This document shows positions 38,441 through 52,163 of a stretch of 64,000 nt of DNA, piece after piece. The DNA comes from Octopus bimaculoides. Its lineage: Eukaryota. The position numbers and the translations under genes are program-made. The notes below the pieces were generated by a model. The model was not told the origin of the DNA. It did not search any database and was given only the letters and a program-made list of their open reading frames with translations. Numbering within the stretch: the first letter of the stretch is position 1; each line of letters starts with the position of its first letter. The DNA lies in NCBI RefSeq assembly GCF_001194135.2, contig NC_068992.1, forward strand, positions 54,039,723-54,103,722, read 5' to 3'.

Positions 38441-38441
<1 letters not shown>
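38310..38441 (-). mobile_element. SINE family B head, degenerate
   Basis: aaatccaatcagaag...agtagaagacatttgcc...gtgcca...gtgggaccgagccc...accatatggttg. Confidence 0.7.
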
Positions 38442-38471
<30 letters not shown>

Positions 38472-39901
38472 ATGTAGATAGATAGATAGATTGTTAGGGT
38501 AAATCCTAGCTGCTTATTCCATTATCAGGATCAATATGTATCCATAATTAGTGTTATATGTAAATCAAAACACATAAAGATTGTGAATAACAAATATTAT
38601 TTACAGTGTTGTTGAATAACAAACGGGAAAATGTAAAATTTTGGTATTATCTATTCTCCATTACACATGTTCCATTTGCTAATTGGAATTACAAAGATTT
38701 ACATGTCATATAAACATTTAAAGACTTTTCTATTAGAAAATGGTCAGACAATGTACGTATGCATGTACATTTATATATGTGTATGCATCTTTTTGTTTGT
38801 GTTTGCTCGTCCCCCACTACTTAACCGGTGTTTGGTTGTTTACGTGCATGTTATTTAGCCGTTCGGCCATGTTTCCTTTATTAACTTTTTCGTTGAAATT
38901 TCATTGCAGCGATTTAGTTTTGGCGTTGCTTTGTAACTGATTGTCATGCTTTAGGTAGGTAGTATTAAATATCATCTCTAACTCTAATTGCTATATCGAT
39001 CATCTCTAGTTGCACAAGGTTATATTCTATCGTTCTATCCCAAGATATAAATGTGCAGCGTGTGTCAGATTTACTGTGATATAGTTTAAATTCCGCAACT
39101 AAGAATTATTTTTGCGATTCCATGAACGTTTTGCAACTTCTCGTTCATCATACTTACTACGGCCACATGTAGCTTGATTACTTCCTTCATGTCTAGAATT
39201 ATGTACAATTCTTCAGTAACACCCTAAACCCTTCTGAATTTATCCATTTGAGATTACCTCTTTGTATATTGGATTGATCGCCTACATTGACCCCAGATAT
39301 TCAGTTCCTAATTATTTTATTGCATGGTTGGTTTCATTGTCAGTGTTTATTAACGTGGTCGGTCTGCCTCGGTTATAAGTCACCATTTTATATATGGGAG
39401 TCCGTATTTCTTATTGCTTGGAGAAATATAGAAATTTTTATAACTCTTTCTCTCTGACCTGACGTACAGTGAACTGGCGTCCATAGAGCAAGTGGAATAT
39501 ATTATAGCAGGTTCCTGCAGCGTTAATGGTTACACGCGAGGAAGAAAGACGTGGGAGTATAGAGAGAGAAATGATAAATTAGGAGATGAAGAGAAAGAGA
39601 ATTAAAATGCATGTTAACGACAGTAAGAGCGGTGGGTGGCGATCAAGGTAGAATAAACAGGCAAAGGAGGAAGATATAAAAATGAAAGTCAGGCAAAAAG
39701 AAAGAGGTGGACGAAGAAAATTGATGAAAACAATGAAGGGAAAGGAATTATTGGAAATAGTTAAAGGGAAGTTAGAGAAAAAGAAATAGTGGAAAAGGAT
39801 CGGTGAGTAAGAGGGGGACATAGATAAATATACAGAAAGGATAGAGTAAAGTAGGGAGTGAGAGAGGGAAGGAGCGAGAGATACATAGACATATAGTTTG
39901 G

Positions 39902-39902
<1 letters not shown>

Positions 39903-39981
<79 letters not shown>

Positions 39982-40683
39982 GGATATATAGATNNNNNNN
40001 NNNNNNNNNNNNNNNNNNNNNNNNNNNNNNNNNNNNNNNNNNNNNNNNNNNNNNNNNNNNNNNNNNNNNNNNNNNNNNNNNNNNNNNNNNNNNNNNNNNN
40101 NNNNNNNNNNNNNNNNNNNNNNNNNNNNNNNNNNNNNNNNNNNNNNNNNNNNNNNNNNNNNNNNNNNNNNNNNNNNNNNNNNNNNNNNNNNNNNNNNNNN
40201 NNNNNNNNNNNNNNNNNNNNNNNNNNNNNNNNNNNNNNNNNNNNNNNNNNNNNNNNNNNNNNNNNNNNNNNNNNNNNNNNNNNNNNNNNNNNNNNNNNNN
40301 NNNNNNNNNNNNNNNNNNNNNNNNNNNNNNNNNNNNNNNNNNNNNNNNNNNNNNNNNNNNNNNNNNNNNNNNNNNNNNNNNNNNNNNNNNNNNNNNNNNN
40401 NNNNNNNNNNNNNNNNNNNNNNNNNNNNNNNNNNNNNNNNNNNNNNNNNNNNNNNNNNNNNNNNNNNNNNNNNNNNNNNNNNNNNNNNNNNNNNNNNNNN
40501 NNNNNNNNNNNNNNNNNNNNNNNNNNNNNNNNNNNNNNNNNNNNNNNNNNNNNNNNNNNNNNNNNNNNNNNNNNNNNNNNNNNNNNNNNNNNNNNNNNNN
40601 NNNNNNNNNNNNNNNNNNNNNNNNNNNNNNNNNNNNNNNNNNNNNNNNNNNNNNNNNNNNNNNNNNNNNNNNNNNNNNNNNNN

Positions 40684-40737
<54 letters not shown>
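39903..40737. repeat. (GATA)n array spanning assembly gap 39994-40683
   Basis: GATA repeats lie on both sides of the N run. Confidence 0.95.
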
Positions 40738-40738
<1 letters not shown>

Positions 40739-41179
40739 TAGCCATGTAAGTGTGTGTTTATGAAAGGTAAGATGAAAACGAAAAATGTTCATGAATATAT
40801 ATATATATACACATACAAGTGCGTCTATGTGTGTGTGTGGTGGGGATGTTGCTTTCACCTGCTGATATTATAGAGTAGACCCGCTTTAGTCTACATGTTC
40901 TATATTGTCCCGAAAATTAGATGAACTGATGTCTTTTACTTACCGAGCGTGATATTTCTAGTTCTAAACACATCTAAGTGAAGATTTAGCTTATTACTTG
41001 GCCACATGGATTAACTCGTTGTATCAAAGTTTTTAAACTCACCATACCTTATACGATATATAGATATATATTCCTTGTAACCGGTAAAAGTTGAGAAAGT
41101 GGCTCAGGGCTCGACAGTTTCGTACATTGGCACTTATAATCTCATGCCTTCAATTCTGGACACATTGTATTACGAAACT

Positions 41180-41191
41180 TATATGTGTGTA

Positions 41192-41250
<59 letters not shown>

Positions 41251-41962
41251 ATATCTGTGTATATATATATGTGTGTGTGTGTGTATATCTGTGTATATAT
41301 ATATATGTGTGTGTGTGTGTATATCTGTGTATATATATATGTGTGTGTGTNNNNNNNNNNNNNNNNNNNNNNNNNNNNNNNNNNNNNNNNNNNNNNNNNN
41401 NNNNNNNNNNNNNNNNNNNNNNNNNNNNNNNNNNNNNNNNNNNNNNNNNNNNNNNNNNNNNNNNNNNNNNNNNNNNNNNNNNNNNNNNNNNNNNNNNNNN
41501 NNNNNNNNNNNNNNNNNNNNNNNNNNNNNNNNNNNNNNNNNNNNNNNNNNNNNNNNNNNNNNNNNNNNNNNNNNNNNNNNNNNNNNNNNNNNNNNNNNNN
41601 NNNNNNNNNNNNNNNNNNNNNNNNNNNNNNNNNNNNNNNNNNNNNNNNNNNNNNNNNNNNNNNNNNNNNNNNNNNNNNNNNNNNNNNNNNNNNNNNNNNN
41701 NNNNNNNNNNNNNNNNNNNNNNNNNNNNNNNNNNNNNNNNNNNNNNNNNNNNNNNNNNNNNNNNNNNNNNNNNNNNNNNNNNNNNNNNNNNNNNNNNNNN
41801 NNNNNNNNNNNNNNNNNNNNNNNNNNNNNNNNNNNNNNNNNNNNNNNNNNNNNNNNNNNNNNNNNNNNNNNNNNNNNNNNNNNNNNNNNNNNNNNNNNNN
41901 NNNNNNNNNNNNNNNNNNNNNNNNNNNNNNNNNNNNNNNNNNNNNNNNNNNNNNNNNNNNNN

Positions 41963-42007
<45 letters not shown>

Positions 42008-42038
42008 ATGTATGTATATATATCTTTGGATGTATACA

Positions 42039-42101
<63 letters not shown>
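41180..42101. repeat. TA/TG array with a ~30-bp higher-order unit, spanning assembly gap 41351-41962
   Basis: The unit (GT)nATATCTGTGT(AT)n repeats three times before the gap. Confidence 0.9.
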
Positions 42102-42226
42102 CATGTGTGTGAGTTCCTATGAATGTCTGTTTGTTGCCCTTGAGGTTTTATTTACTGCATGTGTGAACATGAGCAGCAGTAAGCGTATACGGAAGTGTTA
42201 AGAAATCGTCGCATATACATTTTCAT

Positions 42227-42257
<31 letters not shown>

Positions 42258-44454
42258 CCCAACATTCTGTATATTTATACGCTTATTTCTATCTCCCTTC
42301 CACTTTCTCTGGTATGTGTATTTGCGTGTGTATACATAGGAAACGTGGTTGTAGAATTAAATTTATACCAGCACAAATACAACACATACATATTATTCAA
42401 GTACAAATGCGATTTCACCCAATCACGTATGAGTCTATATGTGCATGCCTTATTATGTAATGTTTGCTTTTATGTATGAGATTTCAATGGCGGTGGAGGT
42501 GAACCTGGTCTGGAATTATGTGATATAATCTAAACACAGAAGTGGTATACTTTGGTTAAGAAATAAACTAAATTTACTCTAGAGTTTTTGAAATTCTATC
42601 CATTATGTCTGTTGGAGACAGATATTTAATAAACCAGAGGTGTCTGTCTTAGTGTCTTATTCTGACGTATGTTAACGTCTTTGGAAATGCCATTAAGATG
42701 TTAGTGCCAAGATTAATTCATTTCAGGCATGATTCTTGGTGCCAATATCTGTGCGTGCCAAACATTTCTTCCTTTTTGTTTTTAATTTCTTCATTTTTGT
42801 TTTAAATAGTGCTCACCCAAAGATTTCAATGTTATTAATTAATTTTTAAATTATAATTAATTTAATCATCGATCCAGAAGATTTATGATCACAGTTTTCT
42901 CAAGCGTGACTATTCCATTTAAATCCAGAACCAATTTATCCAGAATGTCCTTTGACTTTAAATCAGCTTGGCGTGACTTGAGGAAGGTGTGGCTTCTGTC
43001 TCTCACAAGTGGAGCAGGAAGCAAGTGAGCAGAGGCGAATTCGTCGACTCATTTTGGTACAAAACTGTAACATCAATAATCAATGGATGATTTGAACTCA
43101 ATATTAAAAGCTCAAACAGCTAGGGCTCCCACAGAATTATAATTTAATTATTATAATTACAATTTAATTTAGGGCATACATTCTTTGCTTTGCAGTGCAG
43201 TTATTGAGTGCGGTGATGTTATTTGAGCATAAATATTTACCTCAATACACTTCCTGAAGCTGAGCTATCTCGATGATTCAAGCCTCTTGAACCATCGAGT
43301 AAGCAGGCTTTTATATGGTAACCCAAATAGCTAGATATCCTTTATATAACCAGATATCCTTTATATAACCAGATATATTTTATATAACATTTTACAGTCT
43401 TAAAACAGCAAAGGACACAATGGATACTCTATAGTCAAAATGGCGGATTACTACGGCTGGAGTTTCTTTGATTAGATCTCGTCTGAAGCCAAACAAAACC
43501 GTCATCAACACCAACACTACATTGAAATTGCCAACTACTTGTTTAGTACTCAGTCGCCGAAGAAACTTTATTACAAAAAACACCACAGTGATGTTAACCT
43601 TCTAGCAATCAACGATTGTTTGTTTGTTTTAAATACTTTAACAAGATTTAGTTTCCCTCGTTTTCTTACAGGTCCTCGTGTTATGCTTAGATAAATGATA
43701 AATATGAATGCAAAAGAAAAATACAACAACAAAATTTGATTTCCAGTTTCAGTTCCAAAACCAATGTTGCATAATTATAATCTGTATCTATAGAAAAGTA
43801 AACTTTGAAGTTCCATGATAACATCTCCAAGGTTATTTGCAAACGTATATATAGTTTCAATACGAAAACAATCAAATTTTGGCAGATTGTCAAGTACATT
43901 TGAACCTAATTTCAAAGAGAGACGCAGTTTACATCCATGACTTCGGTTGAATGTGATTACATGTTAGTGCAGTGATATATATATATATAGACGATAACAC
44001 TCTTGTGTGTTAGTACATTCATGTCATATCTCTATGTGATAATATAATCCGGTGCATTTCCCCAGATAATATCTATTTATCCGCGACGTGTGCGTGCGAA
44101 GATGTATCTGTGTGTTTGTGTGTTTGAGTGTGTGTGTGTGTGCGTTTGTGTGTGTATGTGTGTGTGAGTGTTGTATATGCACGAGTAATTTGTTTATGCA
44201 GTAACAGGTCGATATATAATACATATACCAAATTGTTAATTAATGTATGCATTGAACTTAGCCAAAAGGAGTATATGATTTTTTTTTTTAGCAGAATTTC
44301 CTTGAATTGGACAAATGTCGTCAGAAGACGGTCGAGGAATGATACATGCGTCATATTATCTTTTTCCCAGGCATAATTTGATATGCAAATTGGCAACATT
44401 TTACATAAATACAACTTTTACAGTAGATATTATATATTGGTTTCAAATGTTTGC

Positions 44455-45077
44455 ATAATATCAACAAGTTCGAGGGCGGAGATAAACTGATTACATCGAC
44501 TTCAATGTTTCACCGGTACTTAATGTATCGATCCCGAAAGGATGAAAGGCAAAGTCGACCGCGGGGGAATATGAACTGAACATAATAATAATAATAATAA
44601 TCCTTTCTACTGGAAGCACAAGGCTTCAAATTTTGGGGAAAAGGATTAAGTCGATTACATCGACCCCAGTGTGTATTTGGTATTTATTTAATCAATCCCG
44701 AAAGGATAAAAGGCAAAGTCGACCTCGGCGGAATATGAACTGAGAACGTAGCGACGGGCGAAATACCTCTGGAGCATTTCATTCCTGACGTGCTATCGAT
44801 TCTGCCATCTCGCCGCCTTAAGTAATAATAATTATAATAATAATAATAATAATAATAATAATCCTTTCTGCTAAAGGCACAAAGCCTGAAACTTGAGGAG
44901 AGGGGAATAGTCGATTACATTGACCCCCAGTGCTCAACTGGACCTTATTTTATCAATTATAAAAGCGTGAAAGGCAAAGTCGATCTCAGTAGAATTTGAA
45001 CTAAGAACGTAAGGACGGACAAAATACCACCAAGCATTTTCCCAGAGTGCTAACCATTCTGCCCGCTCGCTGCCTTA
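44455..45077 (-). mobile_element. SINE family A head-to-tail trimer separated by (TAA)n tracts
   Basis: Copies at about 44455-44580 (headless), 44600-44819 and 44860-45077, each with gaaaggcaaagtcga.c..gg.gaat.tgaact; TAA tracts at 44582-44600 and 44823-44862. Confidence 0.9.
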
Positions 45078-47811
45078 GTAAATATATATTATGTACGCAT
45101 ATATAGTTATGTATGTATGTATGGATGGATGGATAGAGGGAGGGATAAGTACATACGTAAACGCGTACATGCATACATATGCATATATGTACATATATCC
45201 ATGCATGAAGGAATTCAACTCAGTAATGAGTATTATCATTGCTGCAACGCCACAATGTCCTTTTTTCTTTTTGTCCAGGTGATGATTTATAGATTTTAAC
45301 ACGGGTTTAATTAAATGCAAATGAGAACCATGTCATTAGCATAGTTCAGAGACATCTTGTTTTATGATCGATTGTTGGTAGCTAGCCTCGGACCAAAACC
45401 AAGCTAGCCTATCGAAGAGTGTTTTGCGTAATCAGCAGGACGGAAGTAATACCAGTCCTTAAACGAAGGAGCTCAATGAAGGATGAACGTCTACCTAATG
45501 ATAGTACACAACAAAGTACTGGTGATGGTGATACCTAAAAACCTCTTTAAAAACCCGAAGGTCTAGCGTTTACCGTACAGGTAAAAGAAGGTTAGTGTCT
45601 GACATGGAATAACTCACTTCCTGGAAAGACAATTTGTCTTCAATTTTAACTAAACGATGTAGAAGATTGAAAATTACGTATTATGCAAAACACTTACACA
45701 TATATACAGACATACGCATACAATATCTCTATCACTATAAACAATACACACCTCTACACCTCTGTCCTCTACAAGCCTACAGACTTCCAGTCTTACCCCC
45801 ACTGCTCTTCCTCTCATTCCAAACACTCCAGTGCTACATAACGTTCTTCAATTCCTTTCAACTTCGTCGATTTTGCAGCATTCATTCGGATTTCAATTTC
45901 GTTTTGTCTCTCTTACTACGTCATTTGTTCCTACCACTTCCTGTCTGCTCATGAAGCATTGTCTTGCGTTCCACATCAGTTGCATCCAGTTTCTGAAACG
46001 TACAGGATGTAAAAATGTGCTCTCTACCTGTCTGCTTTACCCTGAAGCAGTTCCTTTATACGTACACACATACACACACGCCCACACACACATATATACG
46101 TATGTATGTATGTATTATGTATGTTTCATTTTATCCGTTTCAATAAAAACTGCATATATGTGTGTGTTTGTGTTTGTGTCTGTGTGTGTATATGTGTGTA
46201 TGTGTATGTTTGAGTGTTTGTGTGTGTACTGTAGCCATCCTTGGTAGGAGCCGGGTATTTTTACGCGTACAGCACTAAAGTGCTCATAACACATTTATAA
46301 ATATTAGAGATTAGTGTAGTAATATATAGATTCCTTTTCCTTAACAGAAATACCTACTTAATTTTTCCACTGCAATGCTGATAAGTGGTTTCTATATCTG
46401 ACATCACTTTTCATTTTTTATTTAATGGATGTACTCAAGACTCAGATATTGAATTCTGTGAAAGTTGTTGAGAAAATATTATGAAGTATCTGGAGAGGGA
46501 TTCTACTCTGGACAAAACTAAGCCCAAATCATAAATGGATTTAGTATTTCGAATTGCATATCTTTCTTTTAGATCTTTTTTCTCTATTTTGTCCGTGGCA
46601 AGATGACAAAATATTTAGTAGTTATCTGTTTGAATTGTATGAATGCATAGTATTATGCGTATATGAATATGCTTATGTGTTTGTAGACGTGTGAGTAATT
46701 ACGTGTGTGTGAATGTATGCACATGTGCTCGCGTCTGTGTGTATCATATATATAAATATATTCTGGAAATGATGATAATTATTATAAGCTTAAACCTTAT
46801 AAGCGTTTACCGTGTATTGGTTAGAGGAAATATTCTAATATTAGTTTAATATGGGAATTAGTACGCGTCTAACATCTTATAAAGGTACTTCTTATCATTG
46901 CGTTGCTTAGCTCGTCGGTAACGCTCTCAAGTGTTTAGAATAAAAAGAGAGAAAAAGGAGGAGGGAGAAAAGAGGGAGAGTAGTGTCGATGACATGAGGA
47001 GAGGGAATATAATTGTAACGCTTCTACGTGATTAGTGGGAGGGAAAGAGAGGAGAAAGAAAAAGAAGAGAGAAAAGAGGATAAGGCGAGGAGTGAGACGG
47101 AAAGAAGAAGAAAGAACAAGATAGAGAGAAAAAAGACGGAGAGCGAATAAGTGAGAGAGAAGCATCCATGGCAAGTGGTAGCGGGATCGTAATAATTTTA
47201 GCAGTGATGATGTTAACGAAGGGCAGAGATAGGGGAGAGAAAGGAAGAGGAGGGAGAGAAACGTGGTGGTGGTGGTGGTTAGATATTGAAAAGTGTATTT
47301 TTTTTATTGAAGAAAGTTTTTTTTTATTTCACCTATCACTTAACGCATGCGCATAAGTGCAATTCCTTGAAATATTCGCGCTTATTTACGTGCAATTTAA
47401 CAAAAGGTTGTATCATATGTACGGGATTTTTTTTAATGGGAAAAATGGAAAAAGAAGAGTGAATATTTATTTTATGAGAGCTGTGTATTAAATCTATAAA
47501 ATTGTGCATAAAGTATATCAATTGCATATATAAAGGGCATTAAGTAATCGGCATATTCCAATTTCACTTTTCAATGAATAGCAGATGAGCGACCACCTTT
47601 CCATACAGACACAACACAGACTACGCTTTCAGGATTTTGGATAAAGTTTTCAGAAATAACCCAATATGTTTACCATTAATTCCATGAAATATTCACCGGT
47701 CTCGCTAGTTAGTTGAATATGGCTAGTACCCATGGGAAACGAAGTTCGTTTCCAACGCGTACTAATACTAAGTTGTTGTTTTTTTCTGTCAAGGGCTTAT
47801 ACGCCTCAATA

Positions 47812-47975
47812 TTACATAACCTTCAAAGTGTGATGTGATGTAGTGATCCTGTGTCCGAGAGAGGCTGCGCTTCGTGCCAATTTTACTGTCTTCTTCAAGT
47901 TTCCGTACAACATACCCATGCATAGTCTTTTTTCTTTTCTTTTTTTGTATGCTGAGTGCTTTCCCTCCAGGTTTT
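47812..47975 (-). pseudogene. Second R4/Dong-clade ORF fragment, cut by a gap
   Basis: A minus frame reads KKKRKKTMHGYVVRKLEEDSKIGTKRSLSRTQDHYITSHFEGYVI, matching the K.MHGY...S..W....TSHFEGY..AIQEQ segment upstream of the zinc knuckle. Confidence 0.7.
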
Positions 47976-48288
47976 NNNNNNNNNNNNNNNNNNNNNNNNN
48001 NNNNNNNNNNNNNNNNNNNNNNNNNNNNNNNNNNNNNNNNNNNNNNNNNNNNNNNNNNNNNNNNNNNNNNNNNNNNNNNNNNNNNNNNNNNNNNNNNNNN
48101 NNNNNNNNNNNNNNNNNNNNNNNNNNNNNNNNNNNNNNNNNNNNNNNNNNNNNNNNNNNNNNNNNNNNNNNNNNNNNNNNNNNNNNNNNNNNNNNNNNNN
48201 NNNNNNNNNNNNNNNNNNNNNNNNNNNNNNNNNNNNNNNNNNNNNNNNNNNNNNNNNNNNNNNNNNNNNNNNNNNNNNNNNNNNNNNN
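47976..48288. other. Assembly gap
   Basis: N run; the only gap whose left flank is not a simple repeat. Confidence 1.
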
Positions 48289-48748
48289 ATATATATATAT
48301 ATATATATATACATTGTGTGTGCGCACGAGTGTGTGTGCGATTAATAGCATGCGTATAGACTATCTACTGCGTGTGGCACTTTAATCAGATAAAAATTAT
48401 GAAAGGACGATATAAATCTATAGAAATATACACCAGAACCGCTTCTGATTTAATGACTTAATCTGCCGCATGTTGACGGGCTTCTTGTAAAGATTAACAC
48501 AAATAGTTTTCATATCCATAATGTCACAATATTTCCTTTAAGATCCACTCTTGGCAGGTAGAACGATATATTTAAATAACGGTTACTAGATCTAGCATAT
48601 CACATTACCTAAGGAAATTTGGTAATGTTACGTACCACACACGCATCTAACGTAGTTGATAACTTTCAAAAAAATAAACTGAAATAGTGTGTCATATATG
48701 TGTGTAAGCGAATATGTACGTATGAGTGTAATGTACACACGTAAACAA

Positions 48749-49172
48749 AGCGGCGAGCTGGCAGAAACGGTAGCACGCCGGGCGAAATGCTTAGCGTTAT
48801 TTCGTCTGCCGTTACGTTATGAGTTCAAAATCCGCCGAGGTCGACTTTGCCTTACATCCTTTCGAGGTCGATAAATTAAGTACCAGTTACGTACTAGGGT
48901 TGATGTAATCGACTTAATCCCTTTGTCTGTCCTTGTTTGTCCCCTCTATGTTTAGCCCCTTGTGGGCAATAAAGAAATAAGAAACGTTAGCATGCCGGAC
49001 GAAATGCTTAACGGTATTTCGTCTGTCTTTACGTTCTGAGTTCAGATTCCGCCGAGGGTCGACTTTGCCTTTCATCTTTTCGGGCTCGATAAATTAAATA
49101 CCAGTTGCGTTCTTGGGTCCATCTAATCCCCACAAATGTCGGGCCTTGTACCTAGAATAGAAAAGCATATAG
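48749..49172 (+). mobile_element. SINE family A dimer; the first copy has an alternative 3' module
   Basis: GCGGCGAGCTGGCAGAAACG...GAGTTCAAAATCCGCCGAGGTCGAC...; the first copy ends TTTGTCTGTCCTTGTTTGTCCCCTCTATGTTTAGCCCCTTGTGGGCAATAAAGAAATAAGAA and the second starts directly after. Confidence 0.9.
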
Positions 49173-51276
49173 ATACGTAGACAAATGGATATGCAGATAG
49201 GTGGATAGATAGATAGATAGATGGGTTGAGAGAAAGAGAGATTATCATATACGCACATACAAAGATACATGTACATGCGTGTGAATATAATTATATATGT
49301 GCATGCACATATATATACCTTTATATACACATACATATTTGTGTGGGCGTATATATATATTGATATACAAATGTATGTGTATACACCTATGGATGTATGT
49401 ATATATATATATATACATGTGTGTGTATTTACAGAGACATGTGTATATGTATATATATCGCTGTATAGCGTGTGTTTTTTAATATTACTGTATCAGTTTT
49501 GATGAAGACCTTTTACGCGTAGCCGTTTAAGCCTCTTTTAAAGTAGGAAATATTATAAAATGTGTGAAAATGATATGTATTTATATATTTTAGTAGTAAT
49601 TTTATGGATCTTTTGGGGATTGTCAATCCGTCAGATGTTTCCTTATTTTTGTTATCCTATGTAAACAGTATAACACTTTGGCAGCTATTTTGCAGCTTGA
49701 TTACACAAAAATAATAAGCTAATATTCACAACGTATGACACTTTAACAACCTCACCTACGCTTCGCCGTTTTATTATATACATTATTATCAGATAGTGCT
49801 ATACTACGAATAAGCTTTTTGATGAAGTTGTAAGTTACTCTGTCATTTCAATTACCATTGTTATGAATTAGCTTAACACGCTGCTCAGATTTTTTTTTCT
49901 CCTTCACTACTTTGTCCATTTGTGGCTTTGCTGTTTAGTGGTAGGTCTAACACGGAACCCCGCCGTTTAACACATGTGCTTGGAATATATATACCTTTTA
50001 ATTCTGAGTGTTTGTCTAAATAAACGCCACCACTTGGCACTTCGCTTCGGTGGTGCTACCTTGGGTTCTGACGTACCGTAAGTCTTGTCCGCTCTATGCA
50101 TAATCTATATTGGCCGCCCACTTTCTTCAATGTAATATATATTCAGCTGCAGCAAATACCCTCCCGCACACACCAGATTAGGACACTGCTTTGTTGGCTT
50201 ATCTTTAGGATTAGAAAATATACTTTGCACTATTACGTATCAAAACACTTTGGTGTTTTTAGCCGTGGGTCGTAACCCTGACACGCTTTGCAGTTTAACA
50301 CAGTCACCTTGTCTGTGTGTGACGTTAACGGGATTCATGATACATAAACATTTACACAAGGTGGGACCGTGTTTCACAGGATTTAATTTGCGCTTCATTC
50401 GATATCTGATCGAATAGAAAGGAGCTTCAGCGTTCAAGGAGATCATTGTCGCGAACGCATATGAAACAAACAGCAGTTACAAGATGTCGGTGTCATAGCA
50501 AATATACGAAAGATGTGCTTTTCGTATGTAAAGTGGTAGGGTTCGCTCTGGTGACGTTAATTTTGTTCCCAGTGCCCTCCTGGTTCGCATTTCCCCCGTA
50601 TCAGACTTGCTGATATTCTAAGTGGGGATCATCTGCATCAAATTCTCTACAGAAGGTTCTTAAACGCTTGGGTACTCTTTTTCTGATAACACTTCAGGGC
50701 GATACGCATAATCATTCTTAACAAATTTCAGGCGGGTTTCAACGGGAACATGCTAACGCCTTTCTGAAAGAAATGTTTCTTATATTGAATACCATTACAT
50801 CTCAATATATCTTTCTTGGCAGACACTGTTAAGCATCAGATAAAATGTTTTGCACCTTTGCTGTTCAGATATTTTTGCCATTTCTTTCCAAATCAACGTT
50901 TCCTTTCGTCATTTCAAAATCAATGAATTGGAAAATAAATCAATCAAGTACTGAAAGTCGATCTAATTGATGTTCCTCTCAAACCTATAAAATATATAGC
51001 CAAAGCCTTATTTAAGTGAGAAATCAATATGTCTGTCTCTCCTATTTTATAGGTATTGAATGATAGAAGTGATTAGAGTTCTGTACAAAATGACCTTCAA
51101 GGGATGTAGTTTGATCCATTAACGATATTAATTAAAATACCACCGGCGTTAACTTTGCTTTTGATACTTATTGATTTCATTTTTGTTGCTGTTGTTATTG
51201 TTGTTGTCGCTGATGATGTAGCACTGTTGCCCATGTTTGCACTAACTGAGCATACCTTTTATGCATGATCTCACTA

Positions 51277-51313
<37 letters not shown>

Positions 51314-52163
51314 CACACATACACATACATATATATAAAGGCAAGCGATGTGAAATAGGCTTGATTACTTTGTCTAGCTTGTTGAGCAACGATGTGTGTA
51401 ATAGCTCTTCCGTTGGTTCATTTGGACACGGAATTGATCATGTAATCATCACTAATTAAAATGAGCTTGTCCTTGTCCTTCACCAAAAACTATCACAAAT
51501 TTGTGACTTCGTTATTTATTTATGTTGCTTTGTCTCAAGATTTCACTATCATATCCTCAGAAGAAAACTATCGGATTGTCCCTGATACTGGAAGATTTCT
51601 TTCAAATATAGTTTGTCAAAAATTTTATCTTTTGTCAGATCGTCTTTGTCCTTTGTCTTTCAACGAGTGATGGAATGAATATCAATGTATTACAAATACT
51701 GGGATTAATGAAGCCCTAATAGATGCCAAAATTTGAAACCATAGTAACAGTAGTAGTAGTGGTAGTTTTAGTAGTAGTAGCAGCAGTGGTGGTGGTGGTA
51801 GGGCTGCTTCTGCTTGTCTATACAAAATCATTGCCATAACAGCCAAATTCACCCCGTGTCGTCTTTCTATTTAATGGTATATTTATCTAGATTTTAAAGC
51901 AAAAAAAACTAACAACAAAATTATATTCTCACCTGCTGTGAGAATTCGAAGTTAATAGTTATGGCAGGATTGCTGTAAAACATTATGTGTTTTCTACGCT
52001 AAGATTTCTTTGTGATGGTTAAGATATGTTTAAGGCAACACGTAGACATGCGCTCGACAGGACAGAAATGCGTAGATTTAGTGACTAGTCTCTGCCACCA
52101 AGCTGTAGCCATACTTGAGACTCCAGCTTCAGGTGTATACCTTAATAATAATAATAATAATAA

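Noticed and set aside
39060-39340. Possible APE-endonuclease relic (IILSCG/AEFK near a GDFN-like position) on minus
   Set aside because: A single degenerate motif with many stops is not enough to support a call.
39540-39900. Purine-rich tracts and their ORFs (also 46935-47170 and 60500-61050)
   Set aside because: GA/TC low-complexity sequence; the K/E/R- or F/L/S-rich peptides are compositional artefacts.
44455-45077. Repeat-spacer-like periodicity suggesting CRISPR
   Set aside because: The units are ~200-bp diverged SINEs separated by TAA tracts, the DNA is eukaryotic, and there are no cas genes.
45935-45992. Minus-strand AG...GT-bounded 58-nt segment reading KLDATDVERKTMLHEQTGS (faintly ankyrin-like)
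   Set aside because: Too short, no partner exons identified, and the TPLH motif is not matched; it needs RNA-seq before any call.
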